DNA from: Gordius albopunctatus
Taxonomy: Eukaryota
DNA: 64,000 nucleotides
Assembly: GCA_964276515.1 (NCBI GenBank)
Contig: OZ193909.1
Coordinates: 13,144,001-13,208,000 of the forward strand
Reading direction: 5' to 3'
Shown here one piece after another: positions 27,701 to 38,648 of this stretch. Position 1 is the stretch's first letter. Each line of letters starts with the position of its first letter. The translations under genes were made by a program, and so were the position numbers. The notes beneath the pieces are model-generated. The model made no database searches. It was not told the DNA's origin and was given only the letters and a program-made list of their open reading frames with translations.

Positions 27701-30700
27701 TTCCTGAACTGCATCATGGTTTAACAGAGCCATTTAAACAAGTACCTATAAGATTGCAGAAAAGAAGTGACGCGCTTTGCTTGGCCAATCCTGTAGAAAT
27801 GGGCATAGAACTCCATGCCATACCATGTCTTCATGAGAGCCCTGATCTGGTCGAGGTGGGCATGATCAAGGATGAATATTACATCGTTAGTGATTAACAC
27901 TGTCATGGCAGAGATCCTGTAGATGGCTCTAACGCCAAGATTTCTTCCTGGGTAGTTTCCCTTTATCCTAAAGCATTCCAAGTATGTTCGTGTAGACATG
28001 ATGTCACTGTGTGCCTGGGCCATTTCCTTAGTTGAGCCAGCCAATCTCATCTTTTCCCAGACCTCACATGCATGTAACGCCCCGATTAATTCTTTGGTGT
28101 ACCCACTATAGGAGGGTATACGTGTAGACATGTTATCAATTACTTCTTTACCCAAGTTGCAGGATATGAGCCCAGATGCTGCTACATTCATGGCTATTGA
28201 ATGTGAATCGTTCAATCTGCAATGCATCAGAGAAGGCCATGAGCAGATGGAACCATTCACATTCTTATAGGTACTTGTTTAAATGGCTCTGCCAAACCAT
28301 GATGCAGTTCAGGAACCCTGAGGTTCTTGGCAAATGGATGAAACAATGCATGTCTATCTTGCAAAACAACCTACACAACCATGCAGAGAAGCTAGAGCTC
28401 GGTGCATCGAAGAGGCTGCAAACATTGATGAAGGATTTAAAAGATATAGCGATATATAGCCCAACTTGGTTTGATGCTCTAATAGAGTCTGGGGCCAACT
28501 GTAGAGAAGCACTCAACCTAGCATACATGTACCACTTGCTGCCTTGTCCCGATGCCCCCCCCTGTCTGCCTACAGACGCTTTGAGAAACAGTCGAGAGAG
28601 ACCAACAAGGGCAATCCAAGGGAGTTTGAGACATTCTTAAATTACGTGAAAGCATCTGACTTAGCAAAATTGTTGGCTAAATCCAAGGGTAGTGTAAAAT
28701 TGGAAACAGAAGGGGATTACTCCATCGAAGGAAAGAAATGGGCAGATAGGTGCAAGAAAGGGGATCTTTGTCTGCCACCCAAAAATGAATGGGGTAAGGC
28801 ATATGTTGTGAACTATTTCAAGGTTCCCATCAGGCTGCACACATGGTACCTAACAGTTGGCGACGTAACGAGGATCCCACCATTATTGAGTAATTACAAA
28901 ACTGTAACAGCCAGACTACAGGTCAAACCATTTGAGGGAAACGAATTGCTCTACATGCTTAACAACGCACCTGAGATCGAGCCAGGCTATCCACCGAAGA
29001 AAATCTACGACATGTGTAAAGCAGGCATAATGCCTTGGGACAAACTCGCAGATGTTGCCTTCAAAGCTGAGAACACAAAGAGTGGGGACAAAATGAGAGA
29101 GACACTCTCGGCTGATGCCATAACGAGGGAATTAATGTCAGAGTATGATCAAAGCTTGATTCAGCTCGCTTATTTGTACAGTGGTGTGACCTCAAGGAAA
29201 GACGACTGCGCAGTTTAAAATATATTTGACAGAATAAACTCATACACAATCGATAGAAGAATGGGTGTCATCATATCCAACGATGCTAGCGGCTGGAGCC
29301 CAAGCGCACCCAGGCATCTATGGTCGAAGCACCACGATTATAGCGTTGGTCTTACGAGCAATGGCACATGGCTAAAGTTGGAGAAGATTCTCAGTGGCAT
29401 CTAGATAGCGATATCCAAGAGAGGAATACTCCAGCACAACCCAGCAGATGGTGGCTTATTCCAAGGCTGGACTGGCACCGCAGACTCAATTTTCAATGTC
29501 CACATAAGTACATATTGTGTTAGGAAGGGCAAAGAGGCAGGATATTTGCCTGATGAAACTAGAGCTGATACAGCCGGGTTGATTGATGATGCCGTACAGG
29601 GGGTCCAATTCCCAAGCTCAATGACCAAGGAAGAATGCCAGAGGGCTGCATCTATGCACTTCGATACAACAGTGTCCGTGTGGAGAGATATGGGTGCTGA
29701 ATTGAACCTGTCCAAGACCATATATTCAACAATAAAGTTCATCTATCTTAACAGGATGTACTGCCAAGGATCAGAGGTCTTAGTTGATATGAAGACTTTT
29801 GCCAAAATAGACCGTGATTACACCAGAAGGCTCTCATCCTTGATAGTACAAGTAGATACAGTTCTAGGCTCAGCCAGAGCATCCTCTGCTCGCGGATCCG
29901 ACCCCATGTTGTGCTATTATTACGCAATCAGGCGCGCAATTGACCTCACACTTCCATCTAACAACGTGATAGACGGTTGGACAGATTCCAGCAAGTGGTT
30001 GCCTTCCATGCCCCAAGAGGCTTGGGGGGAATGGGGATACCACATATCATTGGCTTCCTTAGCAAAGAGCGCCTAGACCCATACACAATGTTCACTGCAA
30101 TTGTGTGTAAGCTAAAAGAGAAAATGAGCGACATGAATATGAGGAGAAAACTAAACAAGTATGCCATGGCATTCATCAACAAGAGTCTAAAACCACCTAC
30201 GGCCATGGGTGTCATAGCAAATCCTATGGCAGTGTACTCTGGAGACCATGTCAATGTCGAAGGTCGTATATACTCTAAATCAAAGAGTACACCGTACGAG
30301 GCAATCCTTAGTAACTTATCTGTATTTTTTATTTTTTAACCTTCGGCGTAACAGTACCTCATGTGGGCATCAATGTCTTCATAATCCACCCCAGCCAATT
30401 GGTCATCGAACTCGGGGAGGTGGATATTGCTATATCCATACAAGAATGCGTTAGATTCCGATCCTATGTTCTCACATGCAAATATTCTTTTTGAGTGGTC
30501 GGGGATGTTTTCCTTTAGAATTTCATTGGCTACGCTCATCATGTTCAAAATGGCATGAGCAGTTTGTAGGGTGTATGTTGGAGTCTCAAAGACGCGCGCC
30601 ATAATAACACAAAAGAACAATCAGACAACTTCAAGAAATAGGATTATCAACAGGATTAGTAAGAATGTCAAGTCATGTGCCTTGACTATGATACAGGAGT

Positions 30701-33700
30701 GGGTGTTACGATAAAATATTACAACCATGTTCTCGAAGGACGACATTTCACAGTATATACTGACCACAAACCCTTAACTTATGCACTTAAGGCAAAGTCA
30801 GACAAATACTCTCCTCGTGAAATTCGTCAACAGGACTACCTTACGTCTTCCGGGCGACTTCATACAACATTCGTCACTCGACAGCAATGCTAGGGAGTTT
30901 ATACAACGCCTTAGACAACATTTCGACAACGTACGTTTTTCACCACCACGTCAGCCTAACACTAAACAACAAATCCCTACCGATTTGTTTTCTACACCTT
31001 ACATTTTTATCCGAACTGATAAAGTTCGAAAAAGCTTATCCCCACCATATGAAGGCCCTTTCAAAGTTATTGATAGACAAACTAAATACTTTGTAGTAGA
31101 CAGAAACGGGAAACATGATAACATTTCTATCGATCGGTTAAAACCAGCTTATACTGAATCAGTCAACCATACTGAACCACTCTTAAAAGGCCCGCTTATT
31201 CAAACCAAACCTTCCACCTCTACGTCCACAACAACCTCAACTAACACTACAACAAATCATACAACAACAAAATCAGGACGAAAAGTGCATTGGCCAGTTA
31301 AATTAGCTGAATACATATATTTTTAGCACTCCTTGCAAACTGGAGGGGGAATTATATGGTTACCTAGGCAATTTGAATAAAGCAACTCACATCGGTTACC
31401 TAGGAAAAAAACTTAACCTTTATTATTCAAGTATTCATACGTCTTAATCATAAAAATGAATAAATTCAAGTATTTGAATGTCTGACATTTCAACGTTATT
31501 ATTCACACAAATAACCTCGCCAGATGTGTATATAAACGCGATTTTTGAAAAGTATTTATTCATTTGTTTTTCTTTCTATTATTTGGAAATAAAATAGTTG
31601 TTTGTTCTCCTACATTTCTTTGTTTAATAAATACTATATTTATTTTACTATATAGGACTAAAGCAGCAACAAATATTGACCTTTTTGCCCCTTCCCATTT
31701 TAATTACGACCCTATCGCTACAGAAGAAGGGCGTAAAACTACAAAGTATTCTGCCCTTTTGGCATCCAATATTTTTATCCCTGTCGTTGCCACGTGCTCC
31801 GGTTCCTTTGGCAAACAGGCAATGGGGTTTTTTAAGGAAATCGGAAAACGCACGCCGAAATCTAAAATTTCTGCGTCCTTTTTACTCAGGCAACAACTAG
31901 GGATTCTTGTTGCACGATACAACTTTAAATCCTTTGCCGACTCATGGCCTATTTTAGAAGAGAATGATATAAATCTTTGTATTTAACCAATATGTCTTTA
32001 TTTTTGTATTTCGCTTATGAATGTAACTTTGTTTCTTGAAAATAAACTTTTTAACAAAAAAAAAAAAATTAAGTGTAACTTTGACCATTTACACTGTAAT
32101 TTATTGGTTTTTTGAGAGCGCACACCCAAAGTGTAGACTTGGGTCAAGGGGCGTAGCCAAGAAGGAGAGGCAATCTTCACCCACAAATTATATTAAAGGT
32201 AATTTAATTATATTAAATTTAATTATGAAAAAATCTCAGAAAATAATGACTTCCTCTCGCTATATAACCAATTCTTACCCCACTCTCCTTAATTCCTGTA
32301 TAAGCCGACGTTCACTTGCATATACCCTGCACGGGCCGAGCCCCCCAAAAATTAAATAAATAAATGGGACTAACTTAGTCCTAATAAATTATTTAATTTC
32401 TAATGCTGTCCGGGGACGACAGGAAGCAAAGCGGGTAGAAGCCCCCCCCCCGTCTACCCCTGGCTACACCCGTGCTATTTGATTGAGACGGTAGCAATAA
32501 AATGAAATAGCCAGAGTTTGTTGTTGTATTACGTGAATCACGGGTTTGAGTTTCATGAGCGAAAACATGGCTTGCATATCTATGACGGATTGTCTAACCT
32601 CTCGATAAACGGTGCCCAAAAAGTTGAGAGGCAAGGAAAGTTGGAAAATTAATCCATTGACTAAAACCAAATCGCCAACCGTCATTGCACCTAGTATGAA
32701 CGAAAGAGAATAATATTTTAGTGGGGAAAAAGAGTCGATTCAAAACTATACCATATTGTAATATTACATTGGCCGAAAAACCGAAAAGTAAATTATAATT
32801 TTACCGGTTAATATTTCTTGGCCCGCCATGACCATAGTGAGAGACAGGGCTCCACTAAAAATGAAATTTTGGCCGAAATTGAGGACAGATAGACTGGTAG
32901 CAGTTTTTATGGAAGCGCGTTCGTAATTGGCTTGCAGCTTATCGTATTTATCAGCTTCGTAAGATTCGTTGTTGAAATACTGGATAAAAGTTTTTTAAAA
33001 ATAGAGTATATAATTTGAAAAATTTGGATTAACTACGTAAAAAATTCTTTGAATTTTAATATAAATATGGCTAAAATTTGAAAAAATTATCGTTTTGCCC
33101 CTCCCTAAATCATTATTGCCCCCCCCCTCTGATTCAAACCCTGGCTACGCCCATGCGTAATTATAAGGCGTTAAGACTCAAAAAAATAATGAAGCAAGTG
33201 GAAAAATGTAGCATTTCTATAAATAATTCATTAGATGAGTGTTTAAGCTTATTATTATCCAATCCAAGCTCTACTATCCCCCACAGCGTTTATTGATTTT
33301 GTTTATAAAAAGATATGTAAGAAGTGTATTTTCATGTGATGTAAGACGCGTAGCGTAATGTGTAATGTATGACGTCGTAAGGTGTGAATAAGCGGTTACG
33401 CGGTAAGCATGGAATATATATTAAAAGTGCGGTGGCGAAATTTTAGGATAATAAGATATGATTGATAAAATGGAGGTGCGTGAAAGCGCGAAATGCCAAA
33501 GAGCGATTCAAAAACCAACGGTTTTCCTTTTATATGCGCTCAGAGTGTGCGCGGATAAACATGCGCTTTTTATATAGATATAAATTAAGGAAAAAACATT
33601 TGTTTTTCAAAAAAATAAAAGTCCCCTTACGAAAGTATATCTTGCTGAGTTTGTCAAATCTCCCCGCCTCAAAACATATATAAATGTTTTTGGCCATAAG

Positions 33701-36266
33701 TCACACTATGATGTATAAATCATTAGAATTCAAAAAAACTGTTGAGATTGAGATGTCAAATTAGGATTACTACACTCTAATTTCAAATGAACTATTTATT
33801 GATTTATAATGAAAAACGAACTTTAACAGTCTCGAAATTGATGAGGGAATCTATGGCACGATTGCCGGCCTCGTTATCTGCTTTGTTCATTTGCACGCGA
33901 AACTTGGTCCTAGACAAACATGCGAAATAGGATGTTTTAGAAAAATTTGTTCAAAGGCAAAAATTAATATATGAATCTTAGTTTAATTAACAACGTGTGA
34001 AAATTTTGTGTAAAATTAACATCAGTTTGATTGATATATATAGCGCTTAACAAAAATTTAGTATATTACCTCCAGGCTGTTATTCCCAGAGTCCAGGCCG
34101 TATAAAAGGTCATACAAGAAAGAGTGACAACTGCATACTGGTAACCAAATTTGTACCACTAAAACATATAATTCATTTATCAGTCTTAAATAAATCAATT
34201 CTATTTAAATAAAAAATGCATAGAAATTAATAAAAAATTGTATATAGCCATTTAACATTAATAATATTTTTACAAATATAGTTATAGGTTAATAGAGAGC
34301 TAGCTTACTAACAATCCGGTAACGATGGAAACTTCTAGAATGGTGGGGACGAGATTGAAAACCAAGGCGCTTAGCACGAAATTAATACCCCTTAATTTCA
34401 AATATAAAAATATCATGTACACTTAATTGCATTTATTAACACTTATTAATCATTCAGTAGTAATTTAAGTCTAAAAGGGAAAGTTAAATACATCTTTCAA
34501 CATGTCTATAGTTTAAAACGAATATATGATAAATAATTAATTTTTAAATTTTTAAGAGATTAAAAATGCTCAACACTTCCAAACTATTGGGAGAAATGGA
34601 TAGATGCATGTATAAAAAGCAGACGGAAAATTCCCCCCCCCGGATTTTTTACGAAAAAAAAATGAATTTAGATCTTAAGTTGATATTCTATAGTTGTGCA
34701 ACGTAACTGACCAAGTTAATTATTAATAATGACTTTATTTATGTTTTACACCAGATTTTATAATTTTGATGTTGAAATAAAAATGTTTAAAAATAAATTT
34801 GGAAATTTCCCCCCCCCCGGGAGAAAATTCTGGCTACGCGCCTGATAAAAAGTCGTCTGCCTTCCTTACCTCGTACCCCTGTCTATGGTTTTTGCTAAAG
34901 CGCCCGTTTGGCGTGACAAATGGAAACTCAAATCGAGGGAATGCAAATGAAGGAATAACGATTTGGCAACCCTTCTGATAGAATTTTGAGCCACTTTGGC
35001 GAAAATAGCGGTTCGCATCTCGTTGAACAGTGAACTACCTGACCTTGCAAGACCATCTAGGGATAAATTTGTAGCAATATTGAATTTGACATATAAACTA
35101 CAACTCAAATTTTAATTTTTTCAGGTTTATTTTTAATAAATCATCATTTTGCAATTCAGCAGCAGATGTTAACATCTGTTATATTTTTTATTCATAAAAT
35201 AAAAAAATTATATACATACATATCAATAATAAATTGCCAAAGTTCCACCTTACATCCAATCAAAATGGCAATAACGAATTTAAAGGCAGTTTCATAGGGT
35301 TCTAGGGTGAGAGGGAAGTCTAATTTTCCACCAGTTAACTCATTTAGATAATCAATTGTGTACTTGAAAATGAAAGGAACTTGAACATTCAAAATCTATG
35401 TAAAGAAATCAAAGTAATAAAATTATCTTTCATTTTTTAGTATATTAACTAAATAATATATCATAAATACAATAATTTAATCATTGTTTATTTAGGTTTA
35501 GCACCAAGAAAATATCAGCTCACCCCTAATTAACACAATAAAATCAATTTTTTATCTAACAGATATGTACTATTAATATACGGACTCTAAAAATATTCTA
35601 TAAATCTATCTCTGTTAGTGGTAACTCCTATTTTAATAGCCTTTTTATTGTTATTGATTTAAAGAATTGCATTTTTCAGAAAAATTAAAGCAAATGGGAG
35701 ATAAGATTAATAATTGCCTTGTGTATATGTATTGTGATGATCTTCCAAAAATAATACAAATCGTAAACTAACAAAATTTATCAACAGTTTTATTTTACTC
35801 TAATTAAAAACTAAGATTCATCAAATCCTAAATTAACTTCTTGTAACTATTATTTTAACAGAATTAACAAATATATACTATTCAATAATTTGTAAATATA
35901 GTAAAAAAATATTACTTTTGAACCAATCAATAGACCCAAAGCTATGATAACCCTAAATTTTATAGAAGGTGCATCTTTAGGCCAAACATATTTTATCATC
36001 TTTTTAACTATTTCCCATCCTGAAATATGTGTACCCGATATTATACTGAGAGCTTTATCCTTTTTAGGCGTTAATTGTTGCCCACTTAATGATCTTTTAA
36101 AAATTGTCTAAATGGTATCCATAATATTTCAATAGACACTTAATTTATGTACCAATTTAATTTTGTTTTCTTTGTTGTGAAACTTATAAAATGCATGTTT
36201 ATGGTACTCCCTAAATTGCACGTTTCTGCAACACAATTTCAAAATTGGTAAGCGAATAATCATCAT
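11376..36266 (-). CDS. ABCB7: Mitochondrial ABC transporter ABCB7/Atm1; 14 exons: 36266-36153, 36107-35916, 35395-35254, 35056-34870, 34390-34309, 34158-34070, 33909-33822, 32979-32805, 32690-32533, 21946-21774, 18345-18216, 15954-15783, 12235-12132, 11642-11376; 690 aa
   Basis: Spliced by hand with GT-AG sites; 2073 nt in frame. Motifs: [23 protein letters not shown]...[38 protein letters not shown], Walker A GGSGCGKST, signature LSGGEKQR, Walker [14 protein letters not shown]. Exon 1 (basic, presequence-like) is the least certain. Confidence 0.93.
16680..17972 (-). mobile_element. Internally deleted hAT element with BED zinc finger, in ABCB7 intron 11
   Basis: TIRs CAGAGTTGTTAA/TTAACAACTCTG; 8-bp TSD TCCAAGGC; GCGCAC subterminal repeats; VQCLLC...NLTRHLK and [15 protein letters not shown]. 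Confidence 0.88.
19130..19674 (+). mobile_element. 5'-truncated non-LTR retrotransposon (restriction-like endonuclease type, CRE-like) with poly(A)
   Basis: RPDG...PW..G..L.WDFTC.D...[10 protein letters not shown]...FIP endonuclease-like C-terminus; 3' UTR with AATAAA and an A-tail at about 19666-19674. Confidence 0.7.
21080..21442. mobile_element. PIF/Harbinger-type (Tourist-like) MITE
   Basis: 22-bp TIR GGGCTTGTCTTAATATCGGATT with TAA target duplication. Confidence 0.8.
21516..21657. mobile_element. hAT-type MITE (CATGGGCGTAGCCA family)
   Basis: TIRs CATGGGCGTAGCCAG/CTGGCTATGCCCATG; TSD TACCTCGT/CACCTCGT. Confidence 0.8.
22252..22767. repeat. Direct repeat copy A: last 51 nt of ABCB7 exon 9, its splice donor and ~465 nt of intron 9
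   Basis: Matches 32066-32583 with a few substitutions and two small indels; flanks the insertion. Confidence 0.92.
22648..23886 (-). mobile_element. Ty3/gypsy RNase H C-terminus plus integrase (22787-23850) within a 412-aa chimeric ORF ending in ABCB7 exon-9 sequence
   Basis: YTDHKPL and NIVADTLSR (RNase H); HGLSHPG...CHNC (HHCC); HLDIVGP, SDRGSQF and NGLVERFH (D-D-E). Then GLKQQQ and [17 protein letters not shown]. Confidence 0.93.
23851..26732 (-). pseudogene. Endogenous viral element: negative-strand RNA virus RdRp, Qinviridae-like (left arm plus loop)
   Basis: Reading through stops and a frameshift gives [18 protein letters not shown] (pre-A/F), [10 protein letters not shown] (A), [10 protein letters not shown] (B), GLIDDA (C), ELNLSKT (D) and FIYLNRMY (E). 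Intronless and visibly more GC-rich than the flanks. Confidence 0.85.
26756..26955. other. Assembly gap (200 N)
   Basis: Run of N. Confidence 1.
26956..28285 (-). repeat. Direct duplicate of 25426-26755 (viral RdRp N-terminal part and fold-back junction); probable unmerged contig overlap
   Basis: Offset 1530. One substitution noticed (LHVCE vs LHACE). Both copies abut the gap. Confidence 0.85.
28263..30710 (+). pseudogene. Endogenous viral element: Qinviridae-like RdRp, right (inverted) arm
   Basis: Reverse complement of 23851-26223. Same motifs A-E, including GLIDDA at about 29576-29593. Stops at 29216-29218 and 29402-29404; frameshift in the C-run near 28555. Confidence 0.85.
30711..31675 (+). 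mobile_element. Ty3/gypsy 3' end: RNase H stub, post-integrase GPY/F region, polypurine tract and 3' LTR-like sequence
   Basis: [16 protein letters not shown]...[10 protein letters not shown]...ISIDRLKPA...TKSGRKV; PPT TGGAGGGGGAA at 31341-31351; then TATATAAA (~31529) and AATAAA (~31588). LTR termini are not canonical TG...CA, so the boundaries are uncertain. Confidence 0.85.
31676..32067 (+). mobile_element. 5'-truncated copy of the same CRE-like non-LTR element, ending in poly(A)
   Basis: Homologous to ~19301-19674 ([10 protein letters not shown]...EENDI); A-tail at about 32056-32068. Confidence 0.8.
32066..32583. repeat. Direct repeat copy B (native exon 9 end and intron 9 start)
   Basis: Matches 22252-22767. 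Confidence 0.92.
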
Positions 36267-38648
36267 ATGGTGGACAAACGCATCGATGCATTCCAAAATG
36301 TAGCGTTCCCTACATGTCAAAGGGTGGTAGTAACTTAAAACCTAGAGTTTGAAAAAAATTTTACCATCGGGTTCTTCCTATAAAATTTCCTCTAGCGACC
36401 TTTTAAATTATATATATGTACATGTTTTGACATCGATGTATCACATCACCTTTAATCCCGTTTATTGTACGTTTTTAACCCCTTATGTTATTTGATCTTA
36501 ATTTTTTTAGCATTTAGTAAAATAGATGTGTAAAAAATATATATTATTTTACCTGATAGAAGATCTATGTACACATGTAATATCGTCGTGAGTTTTCGGA
36601 AATGTAATAGAAGAGAATTTAAAAGTGTATCTTAAATTTAATGGAAAATTGTCTTAAATTTATTCTACGAGGCATCAAAAAATTCAAAAATAACATGAAT
36701 TTCTTATTGAAAATTACATACGTCTACAATAAACGTCCCGCAATCCTTCTAATATCTCTAGTGATGCGCAAAAACCTAAAAAAATCTCGGTCTTGAGACG
36801 AGACGAGAGAATTTGAAAAATTGAGTCTAGATAGAGACGAGAATTTTTACCCCAAGACGAGACGAGACAGGATTTTATCAGCGAGATCTCGGCTTTAATT
36901 TTTATTTTTAACTATTGAGACTTAATTTAGCTAATTGAGAATTTTTGATTTTATGAGATTTACATGTAGGATATTAAATGCAAATTAATATGATTTTGAA
37001 ACTTTTGATACTAAATTACTTAGGCACCTAATTATTAGTGATGCTGAAAACCCGAGAAAAAACTCACCCGAGATCGAGACGAAAATTTTGATGTCGAGAC
37101 GAGAAGAGACGAGATTTTTTTCTGCGAGATCTTGACTTTTTTTGACCCTTAGATTTTAGTAAATTATTGTGTATTTTAATTTGCATGATTTACAATTAAG
37201 ATATTAAGAGTAAATCAATAGGTATGGATGGAATATATTTGATATTAAAAAATATCATAAGTGTAGTAAATATTATATATTTTTGCATAAATTTAAAATT
37301 TGGCAATCATTTCCCTAACTATGGTTGACCTTTAGGGTATGTGAATAATTTTATAATATATTTATCACATATTTGTATCCATTACAGAATTTTAGGCTTA
37401 GAATGAGTTCTGATGGAATAGTAAATATTATTAAAGCATATTTGAATTTCGCAGTTACTCATACTCTATGATGCGGTATTTATAAATTGGTGGACTCTCA
37501 GTTTGAATAAGGGGTGTTTTGCCCCTCCCCCCCTATTTTTTAAGCACTTTCTCACCAAGGCACCCCCCCCCCTGGTGAGAAAGAGCGTAAAAAATAGGGG
37601 GGGGGGGGCAAAACAACGGGACAAATAAAGGTAGGAGGCAAAGTTCTTTATAATATATTTTAATTTTTTTATCACCTTTTAGGATTAATATTATATGATT
37701 GAAAAATATTGATTAGCATTATATGGCAGCTGCCAACTCTAATAGTAGCTAAAATTGAATTTGCTAAAAACCATGTTTAGTTTAAAATGAGCCTGGTCGA
37801 TACCACGGTTCATATCAATCCAATCTGCCAAATGCCCGGTTACTTACATCTCTCTCAACCAAGCAACCATGGCTGCCAGTGATAGCAACCGGGTTATTAA
37901 GCAGCATGGTGCTGGTTATGATGATGGTTATGGGCGAGATGTATGCTACTACCATAGGTTATGGTAGTAGCATTTTGGCATATTAACAACACTAAATTGT
38001 GCAATAAAAAATAGATACACAAACATATACTGTATTCGATAAATAACTATTTAATGGCAAAGTTAGTTAGAATTGGAATGTAGTTATTTGGAATATAAAT
38101 TTAATTATACTGATTTTTGTCATAAGTTAAAATACGTGCACCTTAGTCTTATAATAATGCTGCTTTTATTGTTGTTTTTACATCGTTTTAATATGTGCAA
38201 TTAGTTATCAATTCTGTAAATAATAATAATAATATTATAAAAAGTCACTCGCACTTTGAGGTTTATAACGCTATAGTAACATACAAAGTACTATATTAGC
38301 TATAATTAATTATGGGGATATCAATGGTCTTAAACGTTTGCCTTAAATATGTTAAGTTCTACTTTGAAGCTTTAGCCAGGGTTAATATAGGGTTTCAATT
38401 CGCTCATTTAGGCAACTAAGCCAACTATAGACGAACTTATAATTATCTAGGCCTATATGTAGTTTACAGACACAGTGAATTAAATACAAATGTTATAATT
38501 TGCTTAAAATTTAATTTTCTATACGTCAAAATTATTTATTGTTTTTTTAGTCTGCACTTTCCATAGAAAATGTTATCTTTATGAATTAATTGATATTTTT
38601 ATATTGTCAATGAAATGTCGTGTCCCACTATAACTTTAAGAGTTTGTG

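Noticed and set aside
28176..28640. 154-aa ORF as a novel protein
   Set aside because: It reads across the fold-back junction: antisense loop sequence joined to RdRp-sense sequence.
23851..30710. Functional (domesticated) viral polymerase
   Set aside because: Both arms share a frameshift and two in-frame stops and are truncated.
23851..30710. Contaminating exogenous virus sequence
   Set aside because: It is joined on both sides to gypsy and host intron sequence, carries disabling mutations, and an RNA virus is not expected in a DNA assembly.
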